DNA of 64,000 bases, taken from positions 439,023-503,022 of the forward strand of contig OZ025711.1 of assembly GCA_964019335.1 (NCBI GenBank). The letters run 5' to 3'. A model generated the notes under the pieces. It worked only from the letters and a program-made list of their open reading frames with translations. It did no database searches and was not told the origin of the DNA. The position numbers and the translations under genes were made by a program. Positions 1-12,036 of this stretch are shown one piece after another. This stretch comes from Diplonema japonicum. Taxonomy: Eukaryota; Protista; Euglenozoa: Diplonemea. Positions within the stretch are counted from its first letter, which is position 1. The number at the start of each line of letters is the position of its first letter.

Positions 1-2116
1 ATTTCAGCATCTCTTGTGTCCCGCCCACGCCGTCCACCCATTTGTTGGCCTGCTGCGACAGGTAGCCGTTGAGGTTCGCCACCAATGTGCTGTGCAAACC
101 CATTGCTTCGTTCCATATCTCCATTTGTTTCACTGATGGAGACACTACATCGCCCAGCCTTTCTAAGGGTTGGTTTATCCTGTCTAAAAGGGACCGTGCC
201 CAAGCGAGCTTTGCAGCCGTGGGCGGCATCCTGTCGTAGACTTGCGTAAAACGTTCGTATTGGTCCGCCCGTGTGTGTTTGCCGGTGGGGAACACGGTGC
301 CATCGTCTCTAGCGGTTGCGACGAGGGCGCGGGCGAAATTTCGTGGGTCGGCAGCTTTGCGGTCGCGCTGCTGTTGCTCCGTGATGGATTCCTGAACGGC
401 GAGGAGGTCGTCTTGGTACTTTTTAACGACCTCTACCTGGCGTTGAAGCCACTCCTGCTGGATGTGCGACCTGTCAAGGAAGCCTTCAAACGAGTCGACC
501 AGCTTAAAAGTGCTGGAGAGCGTCCTACTGTCATGGAGAGAGGTGGCAAGGATGCTCCCGAGCTTCTTCTCGAGAAGCTTCGTGTTGTTCCGAAAGGTGG
601 TGAAGTACTCGTCGAACTCGGGCTCCTCCACATCCAACAAATTGATGGGAGCCTTAATGAACTCCATGTGCGCAATGGTGAAATCGGTGAAGACTGAGGT
701 GATTGCTGTGCAGGCTTCGGGTCCGTTTGTTCCGCCTACGATGACACGCCCGAGATCGGGGTCGAGTTTGGAGAAGAGCATCGATGTTTCAAGAACATCA
801 AGCAGATCGTGGCACCTCTCAAGAAATGCGTCGAGCCTAGTGAACAGTGAGTTGTTGTGGAACCTCCACGGGCCCTTTTCAGAGCTTTTTGAAGCCTTCG
901 CCTTGGCCTTGAAGTAGACAGACTTGAAATGCCCGCACACGGCAAGGCAGGTGGAGAGCTTCTCAATCGCTTCGTCAGGGTCGATGACAAACAAATCGTC
1001 AATGTCAACAAAGATTTTCGCGGAGGAGATAACATCGTTGCTAACCTCGCGAATGAGGACAACGACGCGGGCGGGGGTGTTGTAGTACTTGGAGTGCTCC
1101 CACAGGAGCGAGACGAAATGAAACAGCTTTTCGAATGTTTTCTCTTCAACCAGATCGTTGAAGGGCAGGGCTTGCGTTGTTGCCGTTCCCGCGAGCAAGG
1201 CAACGGGCGAGCTCACACCGTCCCACAACGGCGTCAAAAACCGCAGATTATCCGAAGCCTCTAAACATGCGACGCTTAGTTCCTTTTGCAGTTGTTGGAA
1301 CGGTTCGTAATAACTCGATCCCGCGGTTTGAAGAACGTCGAGGATCTTGAGAATGGTGGGGGTGGCGAGTTGTTCTTCGAGCCCGCGAAGATCCGCTGTT
1401 TTTTGCTGCCAGAAGCGGATTTCATGCAACACGCTTGGCACGCCTTTTGTGAATGGATGCGCTGGCTCGAACAAGGATGATGGGGCGAGCTGAATAGCAT
1501 GCCGCGCTTGACCTGTCCACCCGACTACCACGGACTCCAACTGATATACTATATCTTTGTCGCGGCCACGATGCGAGAGATCGACAGTTGGCAACGGGAG
1601 CTGGCTTTTCCCCTCGGACAACCCCTGCGCGACTAGAAGCGAGCTTCGGAACGAGTCGAATTTCGCCCGCAGCTGATCGTGGATTCTTTCAGGCACTATC
1701 TCCATGTTCTCCTTGATCTTCAGGAGGGACGGGTTCACGTGGGTTTGCGTGTACAGAAGCGACTCTAAAGGCTGCGGGTGAAGCTCGCCGAACTGTAGAA
1801 TTTGTGTTATGTTCTCCGTTTTAACAATGGCTGGTTGTCGTTTCAAGAAGTACAGTGCTTTTTTCGAGCCGAAGTCCTCTGCTGGTTCCATTGTCACCAC
1901 CGGCTGCGAGCCGCTGAGGAAAACGTATAATACCGATGTTTCCTTGTGGTCTAAAAATTCTTTCATCAGCACAACTTGATCGTCATCGTCCAGCCTGTCC
2001 ATCTCTTTTTTTTTCAGCCATGGTTTGAAGGCCGCCGTGACCCTTGATATCAGCCAGGATATTCTTTTGTCGTTCTGAGACAGGTCGTCCTCCATTGGAT
2101 GGTCTTTCATCCCCAT
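1..2116 (-). CDS. Axonemal dynein heavy chain, N-terminal tail region (partial, runs off window start)
   Basis: Not in the ORF track because no stop lies in the window. Manual translation from ATG at 2116 is open to position 1 and contains DHC N-terminal motifs: DKDIVYQLESVVVGWTGQ, LHEIRFWQQKTADLRGLEEQL, YYNTPARVVVLIREVSNDVI, WRFHNNSLFTRLDAFLERCHDLLDVLETSMLFSKL. Resembles outer-arm type heavy chains. Confidence 0.9.
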   Translation of the reverse strand, partial: MGMKDHPMEDDLSQNDKRISWLISRVTAAFKPWLKKKEMDRLDDDDQVVLMKEFLDHKETSVLYVFLSGSQPVVTMEPAEDFGSKKALYFLKRQPAIVKTENITQILQFGELHPQPLESLLYTQTHVNPSLLKIKENMEIVPERIHDQLRAKFDSFRSSLLVAQGLSEGKSQLPLPTVDLSHRGRDKDIVYQLESVVVGWTGQARHAIQLAPSSLFEPAHPFTKGVPSVLHEIRFWQQKTADLRGLEEQLATPTILKILDVLQTAGSSYYEPFQQLQKELSVACLEASDNLRFLTPLWDGVSSPVALLAGTATTQALPFNDLVEEKTFEKLFHFVSLLWEHSKYYNTPARVVVLIREVSNDVISSAKIFVDIDDLFVIDPDEAIEKLSTCLAVCGHFKSVYFKAKAKASKSSEKGPWRFHNNSLFTRLDAFLERCHDLLDVLETSMLFSKLDPDLGRVIVGGTNGPEACTAITSVFTDFTIAHMEFIKAPINLLDVEEPEFDEYFTTFRNNTKLLEKKLGSILATSLHDSRTLSSTFKLVDSFEGFLDRSHIQQEWLQRQVEVVKKYQDDLLAVQESITEQQQRDRKAADPRNFARALVATARDDGTVFPTGKHTRADQYERFTQVYDRMPPTAAKLAWARSLLDRINQPLERLGDVVSPSVKQMEIWNEAMGLHSTLVANLNGYLSQQANKWVDGVGGTQEMLK

Positions 2117-2919
2117 TTTCTTTTTTTTTTTTTTTTTTTTTCCGACGCTCCCGTCCCTCCTCTTTCGCCCCCCTCCCTCCCTCTCCTTTAGTTTTATTTT
2201 AGAAAATAAAAGGAAGAAATGAAATAGCTGGGGGAACAACGGCAAGAGAGAAACCCCCCCTGGACAGAATGCAATTGGGGGGGGGGGGGGGGGAGGGAGG
2301 GGGGGGGGAAAAAGGAATTTCTTTTTTTTTTTTTTTTGCACAACATAAATTTCATATGTTTTCCCTGTCTCTCTTTCCCACCCCCCTTTTTTTTTCTCCT
2401 CGATGAGGTTTTTTTTTTTTTTTTTCTATTTCCCCCTGATACTTAAAGGAAGGGGAATGGGGCTGAAAAAAAAGAAAGAAAATAATTTAAGGTGGGCAAG
2501 TAGCCCCACCATCGTGGAGTCCCACCTTACATACAAAAGGGAAGAAGATATAAAAATAAAAATAAAAATAAAAATAAAATAAAAAAGACGGAAACAGAGC
2601 GGGGAGGGGGGGAGTGGTAAATCTATACTTCTTATATTTCATTTTTGTTTTTTTTTTTTTTTTTTGCGTTTTCACATTCCCCCCCCCCTCTTTTTTTGTT
2701 CTTTTTTTATCCTGCCCCTTCCCCCTCCCTGTCATGTTTGGGCACGCACCCCCATTCCACTTATTCTGTTGTTACAATCAAAAAAAAGAAAAAATTCCCC
2801 CACCATAAGAACTAAGGGGAGGGTACATAAGGGTGCACAAAAAAAATACAGGGAGGGAAGAGCTGAGGTGTTTTTTTTTTTTTTTTGTCGTTTTTTTTTT
2901 AAAAATAATTTATCCGCTC

Positions 2920-5900
2920 TTACATGGAGTCGTACGGGAATGCACTGGGATGAGTCTGGTTTTTTTTTTTTTTTTTTTTTTTTAAATTTGTACTTCCCCC
3001 AATATCACACCTGAAGATGACCATTTTGGTAAACATCTACCGGGCCAGTGGTTTGCGAAACAGTAGGACTTGTGATGCTTGCAGAGGGGCTCCTCACGTG
3101 GTGGGGAGAGGGAGCCAGGGAAGACATCGAGGAAATCAAATGCTGTGAGTTCGTGAGTGGCTGATGGATAGCAGGAGCTTGGAAAAGAGGATTGCTGTTA
3201 TTCAATAAAGGTTTCGTGGGTGAGGGAGGCACGGCTGCTTGCTTCGCCCACGGGGCATCTAGATGCATGTTGGCCAGATACTCCAACTGCTGGCGTTCCT
3301 GTTAAAAGTGGGGAGAAGAAAAAAAAAGGGGGGAAAAAACCTGTGCATGCGGATTCGGCTCCATGGACTCTTTCTGCGGTCTATCGTCTTTCTTTTTATA
3401 CTTCTTGACCATCTGCCTAGGGAACAGTTTTGGTGCTTCCTATACAGAAAAATTTTTTTGTTTTTTTTATAAAAAAGAACCCCCCTCACATACATTCTTA
3501 AGTCTATGTCTGTCGAAATCAGTTATCAGCCCATCTTTCTTCTTTCGTTCCCACGCTTGGATGACATGAGTCAGATTGGGTTCGAAGTTGCGCTTGAAAC
3601 TGAGGAAAAGAAGGGGGAAGAAAAAAAAAAGAAATTAACACACACACACAAAAAGAAAAAAAAAAGGAACAAAAAAAACATACCATTTCCACCCAAAATC
3701 ACGAATCAAAGCTATCGTGACAGTGAGGAATACGGCAAGCCAGATGATAGGGTGGGAAAAGAGACGGTAGACGAGATACCTTTTTTTTTTTTTTTTTTTT
3801 TTTTAAACCCATACCAAGAAGGATGTGCGGTGTGCAGTCTGAACCCACCGATCGTCGAAATAGAGAAATAAACACACAGGAAGACGAACCAAGACGCAAG
3901 AGACCCCACAAGCAGGATAATGTTGATCTGGGTCCAAGAAGAAGATTCAAAAGCACACTTCAAGGTCACCGTGAAGATGACAGCAGTGTATGACGTCAGG
4001 CCCTGCGCGGGGAGGCCCAGCGCCCAGCCGTTATCAGGATGAGCAACTTCATCTAAGGAGAACCGCGGGATAAACAAACAGATGGCGGAGTGCAGGATCG
4101 CATTTATCGTGAACTTCCAAAACACCGCTGTATTGAACAGTTTTGACTTCCTCCCATCGTCATAAAGCTCAGGGAACTGTTCGATACCAGCGGAGTCTGA
4201 ATCGCCAACCAGTCTCTTTGGTTCGATATCCCTGTCGAAAACAGCAAGACCCACAATGGGTAACGATGTGAAGATTACATTGTAGGCAGAAAGAGACCAA
4301 GGATCGTAAAGAGACTGCCCGGTGAAGGAGTTGTAGAAACAATACCAAAACTGCGTCAGGTAGAGACAAATGTTTTTGTAGAACGAGTAGAGGATCAATT
4401 TGCTGTTTCGCCTGTAGTTCCACCGGCCGTGCACCAACAACAACCGCTGGAGATATCTAAACTGGCCAATGGCGTAGTCTGCTGCGTTCGCTGCCTGCAA
4501 CCCCTCCAGTCCTGAAATACCAACACCGACGTGAGCTTCCTTGATCATCGACACGTCATTGGCACCGTCTCCGATTGCCAAGGTTACCTCTGCAAGGTTT
4601 TGTTTGACAAGCCGGACAACCTGCGCTTTCTGTCCGGGTGTCACCCGGCAGCATATGACAACTTTGCAGTGTTTAGCGATGTTCAAGAAATGCGTTGAAT
4701 TTTCAGGGCGGACGTCGGTGTTTTGATCGCCCAGGATAAGCTGGAGGGTGCCGCCTTGTACCACTATGCCGAGCTCCTGACCGTAGTCTCTCCGAACGCT
4801 GTCGGCGTCGCGTGCGAAATTCTGCAGCGTTTGCGTGATATTCGATTGTGTTACAGCGTCGTGAAACTTGAACAGACCCATATCGTTGTTGAGCAATGCG
4901 CACGCGAACCCGATGTTGATCGCGGTTTCCTGTTTGTCCCCCGTCAACACCCATACGTTGATCCCTGCTGTTCGTAGAAGTTCGATCGTTGCCGGGACGC
5001 CCTTTTGAAGCTTGTCCTCGATTGCCGTTGTTCCAAGGAGATCCAGGTTCTGTTCTATCTCTTCTGCAGCGTCCGCCACCATTTTCTCTCGGTTTCCGAT
5101 GTCTTCGGTGGCTTTTTTGTATTTTGGAGCCCACTTGATGTACTCTTTCTCATCGAGTTCTGTTTGCGCGATCACCAGCGTTCGCAAGCCGTCTCGAGCG
5201 AATTTTGTAAGAAACTGTCTGTTTTTCTCTTGGATTTCCAGTTCCTTCTCGGTGACGTTGGTTTTAAGTCGCTCGTAGATAACGGTGTCCGCGCCCTTGC
5301 AGAAAAGGAGAAGCTTGCCGTTTGGGTCGCGGACGACGACGGACATTCGTTTGCGGTCGGAGTTAAACTCAAGAACATGGAGGAGACCCCACTTCTCTGT
5401 GACACACCCGCCGCCCCGTTGCCGGATCTTCAACACAACTGTGTCAGCACCTTCGGTCCCCATGAACTCCACCCCCAGGTATTTTACACCACTTACAAGA
5501 CAGTTTTCGTCGGGCGACTGTGCTTGATATTTCAGCTGGTCACCGTTTTTCTCCGCAACTACAGTATGGCACACTGCAAGTACCTTGAAGAAGTAAGAGA
5601 GTTCTGCAGCGTTTGGCTGGTCCATCCAGTTCCATTTCACACCTCGACCGTCCTCGTCAGATATCCTCTTGTCGTAGAAGAAGAACCCCTTCACAAGCTT
5701 GATGTTGCTCGGCCTGTCATCATTGAGCATCGTGCCCTCACGCGCGGCAGCGGCGCGACCGATCTCCGTGGTCCCTGTTCCGTAATGTGACTCTCCGACG
5801 GAAAACTTCAGGAAATCCATTACGTTGCATGTTAACGTCCCGGTTTTATCAGAGAAAACGTATTGAACCTGACCAAGCTCTTCATTAAGGGACGATGTGT

Positions 5901-7086
5901 CTGCCTTTGCTGGCATGTCTGCCTCGGCGTAGTACATCTCAAGGTCGTTTCTGATGAGGTCTGCCTGGACAAGCTTCACGACTTCCATGGAGACGTACAA
6001 GGAAATCGGGATTAAATTGTTGAACAAGATCACGAACGTCCAAAAACCTACAAATCCGCTGACGAAAGGTGTGCTGAGATCGGACGGTTCGAGATACCAA
6101 TGATCCTCGAAATCGCTGGTTGCAAGACCAAGACCTATAGCGCACACAAGACAGAACATAATCTGCGCTGCGAATATCCTGAAAATTTGCTGGTTTGTGC
6201 TCAGTTCCAACTGGGAGGTCTTCATCTCTGAATCCTTTTGGTTCTTCATCAGCTTTGTCTCCTTCCCCGTGTACACCACCGTTCCCATAACCCTTGGAAC
6301 ACTGCTTCCCAGCTTCGCACCCCTCAATAAAACACTCTCCACATCGACAGGGGCTCGGGACGTTCTGTTTGTCCTGTCCTTCCTCTCGAGGTACCCTTCG
6401 AATTTATACATATCCTCATCAGGAGGTTTGCAGGCAAGGGTTCCGGTGTAGTTTTCAGGGTGTCTTGGATCGAAGCCGGGTAAAGGTGACGCGCTGGATA
6501 CCGAAACATGGCATTTTCGGAGTTTAAGATTGGTTTCTCCGTCAAGATTTGCGGTCTGAATGTGACAAAGCCCCTTCTCAGAACCCGTGTAAAGGAGCAG
6601 GATATCAGCTGCAAACTCCGTTTCCCTAGGGACCTCAATGACGTCGCCCACACAAATTTCCTTCCATGTGACGTCAAGCCAACTGCCATCTCGAAATACA
6701 CGTGCTGGTTGGTTGTTGGTTTCCTTGTCACGCTTGTGTCGTTGCCAGTCTTCGTGGGAGTCCTTTACTAACGATACGAAAAGAACGAAGGCAAGAGGGA
6801 CTAGTGTAGTGTACTTCCCTGTTGGGGACAGACCGGGGATGAGCTGCAGAGACGCGACCACCAAGAAGTACATATTGGCGTAACGGTGAAACTGCTCGTA
6901 CAAATTTCTCCACAGGAAGAATCGAGGCGACATCGGGAACAGGTTGTACTTGCTTGTCGTCACTTCGTTGCTGCAGTACGTCTTGCTGTTTACCGCGTAG
7001 TTCCCGATGTCGATCTTTCGCATGTCCTGCTCGACACCGTCTCTGTCATCGTCCAGAAGCGGTTCTACCGTGTCCTCCCCTCCCAT
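2920..7086 (-). CDS. P4-type ATPase (phospholipid flippase), spliced
   Basis: Motifs TANLDGETNLK, PISLYVSME, FSDKTGTLT (phospho-Asp), WVLTGDKQETA, IGDGANDVSMI. The track ORF frameshifts at a poly-K stretch. Removing GT-AG introns 3780-3814, 3600-3683, 3440-3493, 3299-3340 and possibly 2956-3010 restores the last TM helix (YRLFSHPIIWLAVFLTVTIALIRDFGWK) and a C-tail. If the last intron is not used the stop is at 3005. Confidence 0.93.
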
Positions 7087-7332
7087 TGCTTCTGGTGGCT
7101 GTCCGTGGCACCACAGCCCATCCTGGAGATTGTTTTTTTTTTTTTAAAGCAAAAAAAAAAAAAAAAAAAAAAAAAACACAAAAAAATTGTAACGACTCCC
7201 CTCCCTTCAGCAGAATACAAAACATCAACATGATCGGAAGAAAAGAAAAGAAAAAAAAAGAGAAAGAAAATATAAAATAGGCAGCGCTGGTGTTACGTCT
7301 GCAACAAAAAAAAAATTTTTTTTTTCTTTTTT

Positions 7333-8256
7333 TCAAATATTGGGCAACATCCCAACACCTTCCATCCCTGCGACAATGGCGTCCGCGTGGGCTTTCTGAA
7401 CAGCATGGCCTCCGGTGGAGAATTTTAAAATGTGCAGGTTCTCCCTCTTCCCTTCCCCGCCGAAGCGGGCATCCAAATTTTGGACGAGCTCCATCGTGAC
7501 TGCATTATTGCAGACAGGGTCATCCGTAGAGTACGCCACCATGACTGGAACGTGTGTGGGGTGCTTCTTAATGGATTCTGTGAACTCAGGGAAATCGATG
7601 ATAGCAATCCGCTTCTGCGCGTAGAGGTACTCTTCACGAGGTAAGATGGGAAAGCCAATCCACTGATAGACAGTGGGCAGCAGCATCGCGACAAATGACG
7701 TGAAATAACTGGTAGGGTGCTGATGGACATGCATTGCGATAGGCCGTATAAGCCACCATGGCTGGAGGGCACGGTGGGGTTGACATCCAGCAGGAGACAT
7801 CAACAGAATACCGCTGAAAGAGTCAGGGTGCATTTGAACCATCTCAAGTGCAATGTGCGAGCCCAGTGAGTGGCACACGATCAATGGTTTATTATCCGGT
7901 AAAGAGCCCCAGATGTCAGTGCAAACTGCTACAGATATTCTTGCCATTTCTTTGGCGTCGGGATCGCGGACTGAGCCTGCGTCAAGTGACGCACCGTGCC
8001 CAGGGAGATCCAGGCGTAGTACCTCCATGCCTTGTGCTTCTAAGTGCGGGGCAACGTATCTGAAGTCTCTAACACTCCCTGGACACCCGTGGATGCACAC
8101 CGCCTTGGCTTTTCCCTTACCTCCCTTCGCATAGCCGATCAACCCTCGTACGCCCTCAACATGGGGCAACATCATGATCGGGGGGTCGCTTGTGGCCAGC
8201 ATTTTTTTAGGCGGCCTCTTCGTTCGCAGGCCGAGCAGGTTTCGTAGTGAATTCAT
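7333..8256 (-). CDS. Alpha/beta-fold hydrolase
   Basis: IHGCPGS oxyanion region, LDLPGHG, nucleophile elbow CHSLG, acidic TDDPV, catalytic His GGHAVQK. Start placed at MNSLRN, after the poly-A run. Confidence 0.85.
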   Translation of the reverse strand: MNSLRNLLGLRTKRPPKKMLATSDPPIMMLPHVEGVRGLIGYAKGGKGKAKAVCIHGCPGSVRDFRYVAPHLEAQGMEVLRLDLPGHGASLDAGSVRDPDAKEMARISVAVCTDIWGSLPDNKPLIVCHSLGSHIALEMVQMHPDSFSGILLMSPAGCQPHRALQPWWLIRPIAMHVHQHPTSYFTSFVAMLLPTVYQWIGFPILPREEYLYAQKRIAIIDFPEFTESIKKHPTHVPVMVAYSTDDPVCNNAVTMELVQNLDARFGGEGKRENLHILKFSTGGHAVQKAHADAIVAGMEGVGMLPNI

Positions 8257-8260
8257 TTTA

Positions 8261-8298
<38 letters not shown>

Positions 8299-8808
8299 CA
8301 TCAAAAAAAAACAAAAACAAAAACAAAAAAACAAAGGGGATGGTGGTAGTGGTGGTTATGAAATGGTGAGACACAAGAAAGGGTGAATAAACAAAAAATA
8401 TACCGTTAACCGATTACTAAGGGGGGGGGGGGGGGGGGGGAATAGCTGGGAGATAGTGGGGGGGGGTAAAAATACGAAGCGAGGCCGCATGTTTTTTTTT
8501 TTTAAAAGAGAAACAAAAAACATTTTAATTGCTTCTTTTTTTTTTCCCCTGGCTTTTTCTCTCTCCCCCCATTTTGTTTTCCATTATGGGGAGTTTTGCA
8601 AGAGGGGAGAACTACTTGATATTCGTTTCTTTGAAAGTTAGTTTCGTTTTCCTTTTTTTAAAGACTTTTTTTTTGCCGGCGTGTAACTGCTTTTTTTTTT
8701 TTTTTTCTTTTTTTCTTTTTTTTGGCTTTTACTTCTTTAGGAGAGAACGGTACAACAATAACAACAAATTCAAAAGAAAAAAGGGGGGGAGGGAAAAGAA
8801 TTTCACTT

Positions 8809-11303
8809 TTACGACAAGCCTCGCGCCAGGGATGTTACAGTCTATGTGAGTGTTTTGTCCAAAAAAAAAAAAAAAATTCAAATCAACATACCAACCAGGC
8901 TTGGCTCCATCCACAGCCCTTTGCAAGTTGTGCCCTTGCAGTGTCCCGCGCAGCATCGGGAATGGCAGGAACAACATAAGAATGATCCGACACACCATTC
9001 GCCACCTTTTTTTTTTTTTTTTTTTTTTTTTAAATATCCTCCCCTTCTTCTACGTACCATGCTTACATAGACCTCATAAGGGTTCTGTACAACACCCCAG
9101 GCTTGTAAATTTCTAGCTTCATCTTTGAAGCTGACCTTTTCGTTGAAGATTTCACGGCACATTTCAGGCATTCCAACAGCGTGAAAACACTTTAAAAAAA
9201 TTACTATTCTTTTTTTCCCCTCTCCCCAATTCATACCCTGAACCAAACCATAATCCCATTCCTGTCAGCCTCGTTCTTTGCCGTCAGTTCGAAAACCCCG
9301 TGTTCCGAGGACACGGTGACAGCCTTCGGGTTGTCCTGTACACCGCTCACATTGAGGTCCCGCCCCCACCGCCGTTTGATCAAAACCTTTTGTTTGTCGG
9401 CCGCGTTCAACAGCTTCACATATTTGTTTGTTAGAATGAGGTGGTGCTTGCTCCCGTCCACCTGCACGTTGTAACCCTTGATCCCAGAACTGTCGATCGT
9501 CCGAGCGATGTCAAGCGCAAGAACTGCATTGAGTGATATGTAGGTGATCGCAGGCACGTGGTGAACCCCAGCTGCGGAGCATCTTATAAATTGCCCGACA
9601 TCATCTACAGAAGTGGTGTATGAGATTGACGAGGTAGCGGAGGATGCGGGTGTCCAGGACGACGCGTCGGCAGAACGCTCCCATGTGCAGGAGACACTGG
9701 GGTTCCCTTCCACCTCGCATCTCAATGTTTCCCCTGCTATCGTTGAGCCCTTGAGGAAAACGTTTGTAAGAGGGATGCGCGGGATGAAAAGTGCCGCGGT
9801 TGCGATATCGGACATTTGTCCGGACGACGAGACCGCCGTGTACGTGCAGTCCAGTCGTTTCCCCACATCTTCAGCGGTAATGGTGAATTTTTTCCCCTCG
9901 AACGATCTGTTCTCGATTCCCCACTTCACAACCGGTTCCGCGGTACGATCTAAAGACGATTTCAACGTTACCTCAGCTACCGGTACCACCACGCTCCCCG
10001 GTGTTAATTTTTCAGAATCGCATCGCAATTCAAGTCCGCTCACCACCGGGCGGTTCGACACCACGATATCGTCAAGCCGAGCAGTCGCTGCTATTCCCGT
10101 AACATGGCCTCTTTTCAAAACAGGGGTTATCTGGCATTGTATGTAACATCCTTCCGTGTCAGGTGTTAAAAGCAAGCTTGGTGTTTTCGAAGTTGTGATC
10201 TCCACAGGTTGTTCAGACGGTGCGGTTCGTACCCACGACAGCTCCACGTCACATTCTCCGCCGGAAATACTGTATACAACTGCAAGTGTCGATCCGACAA
10301 GTGGGGAACCTTGAATCTCTGCATTATGGATAGATGGGAGGAGTATAATAGGTGGAGATGAGACAGTGGAGGTGTTTCGGTAGTCGGTTTCTAGTTCAAC
10401 TTGTATCCGTGAGTTCAAATCGTCGATAGTTGGGATGTATGAGAGGACGTTGGAATCAACGATTTGCCGTCCTTGACCGCCGACGCAGTACCATTCAATG
10501 CTACCGTTCATGAGCTCCAGGTCTCTGTTCGACATCGATAGTTCTAGCATACCGCCGACCCGCGCGTCGCCGGTTAAAAGAAGGCCGCCGCTTCCTTCCC
10601 ATGTACCTTCGACCGTTTCCAGTTCAACGGGTTCTGGTTGGATTGTGATGTCGTCGTTTCGTTGGATTTTCAAATCGCGAAGACTGTCGTTTGCGAAAAC
10701 GTGAGACCATCGATCCGCCCCGCGGGTGTACACAAGATTATGAGAACGGTCTCTCCATTCTGACGGGTGGTTTTTGAGCAACATTGAAAGCTTATCGTCC
10801 TCGCTCACACGGGTTTCCTTAACGGTTTCCACACCAGAGTCGTCGATCAACCGAACGGTTACATTAAACACTCTTACCGATGGCATTCTTCGGTAGGATG
10901 CTGGTGATGGGCGGCGGCTGCTTCTATACGATACGGATGACATCCAATCATCAACAGATGGCTCCCGTCTTCGCTGGCTTCTACCCGACTTGTACGATCT
11001 GAAGGACACCACGCTTCTGCTGTCGATGTCCTCCGGGTACCGTTCCCGTTTGTCGTACTCCCTCTCCCTGTAGTCCCTGCTCGGTTCTCTTGAATATGTC
11101 CGCTCTTGTCGAACCACTGAAGGGACCCGCTCTGATCTCGGCGGTGGTGTTGCCGAGGCGGTCTCCGCCAGCAGAACCTGGTTGTCCGTGCGGGTCGAAT
11201 CGATTTGCTCCCTCAGCCAGTTGTTATCCTGCTGCGTCTTCCGTATCTCATCTTCTAAATACGAACAATAAGACGAGCCGCCACGTGCCCTGGCGTGGCT
11301 CAT
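8809..11303 (-). CDS. Ig-like (AIR9/A9-type) repeat protein with N-terminal coiled coil and C-terminal PH-like region, spliced
   Basis: Repeated beta-rich units (GDARVGGML..IEWY..YIPTIDDLNSRIQV; GSPLVGSTL..LSWVR..EGCYIQCQITP; GSTIAGETL..TWER..DDVGQFIRC). Putative introns 9190-9236, 9006-9057 and 8842-8891 extend the frame to TAA at 8809-8811. Confidence 0.7.
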
Positions 11304-11491
11304 TGTGTTTTTTTTATCTTATTTTTTTTTTTCTCTTTTTCTTTTCCACCCCCTTTTTTTTTTAATGATTTTTGGGGGATTCGGAGGGGGGGAAATAAAA
11401 AAGGAGAAACAAAAAAAGCAAGCGATTAGGGCAAGGGAATGAAGAAAAGAAAGAATGAAAGAAAAAGGGGGGGGGGGGGTTTATATAAATA

Positions 11492-11938
11492 TTAATTTTT
11501 TGTCACTTTCTTCTCCTCCGCCAGTCTTTTCTCAGCAGCTTCCAACGCTGCATTTCGACCTTTTTTCCCCATTTTCATGCCGATTTTCCCGTAGCCCTTC
11601 TCGACAGAGACAGTTGGCTTGCCTGCTTTGGGTTGTTGCAGTTGTTTACCTTGCGAGCCTGTTCCTCGTACGGTGGTCCCGCGGAGATAGGGTGCCGCAC
11701 CACCTTGCCGTCCTCCTCCGGTGCCGCTGCCTTTGAGCAAAGGCGGGGATTTTTTCGCTGCAACGGGTTTCGGTTTGTTGAGGTTATCCATCGCCTCGTT
11801 GTAAGCGTTCGTATTGTGCTCCAAGACCAATTTCTCAGCCGCCGTTGGCTCCCGACGGGGACCCGCAGCCTCCGCAACAACAGGCCGCGGCCGCACGGTA
11901 CGCTTGTCGTGTAGTGTGTGTACGTTTGCTTTCTTCAT
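11492..11938 (-). CDS. Hypothetical basic low-complexity protein (~148 aa)
   Basis: GC-rich, homopolymer-free ORF starting MKKANVHTLHD after an A-run, co-oriented with neighbours. No recognisable domain. Confidence 0.6.
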   Translation of the reverse strand: MKKANVHTLHDKRTVRPRPVVAEAAGPRREPTAAEKLVLEHNTNAYNEAMDNLNKPKPVAAKKSPPLLKGSGTGGGRQGGAAPYLRGTTVRGTGSQGKQLQQPKAGKPTVSVEKGYGKIGMKMGKKGRNAALEAAEKRLAEEKKVTKN

Positions 11939-12036
11939 TTTTTTTTTTTCTTCTTGCAAACCTATGACAATTAAGGAGGGGAGCAGGGGGTAAAAAAAAA
12001 TTTTTTTTTCTATTTTTTTTTTCTTTTTTGTTCCCC

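Noticed and set aside
242-1500. Track ORFs on both strands in the first 1.5 kb
   Set aside because: They are shadow frames of the dynein heavy chain ORF (minus strand, 2116 to the window edge).
2549-2586. (ATAAAA)n short tandem repeat; possible CRISPR, rRNA or spliced-leader RNA genes anywhere in the window
   Set aside because: The repeat is an ordinary microsatellite. No repeat-spacer array, rRNA or recognisable SL exon sequence was seen.
3712-3814. Programmed frameshift or real poly-Lys tracts in the P4-ATPase, kinase and F-box-MYND genes
   Set aside because: Each A run is bounded by GT..AG, and its removal gives a clean in-frame protein, so introns are the simpler explanation.
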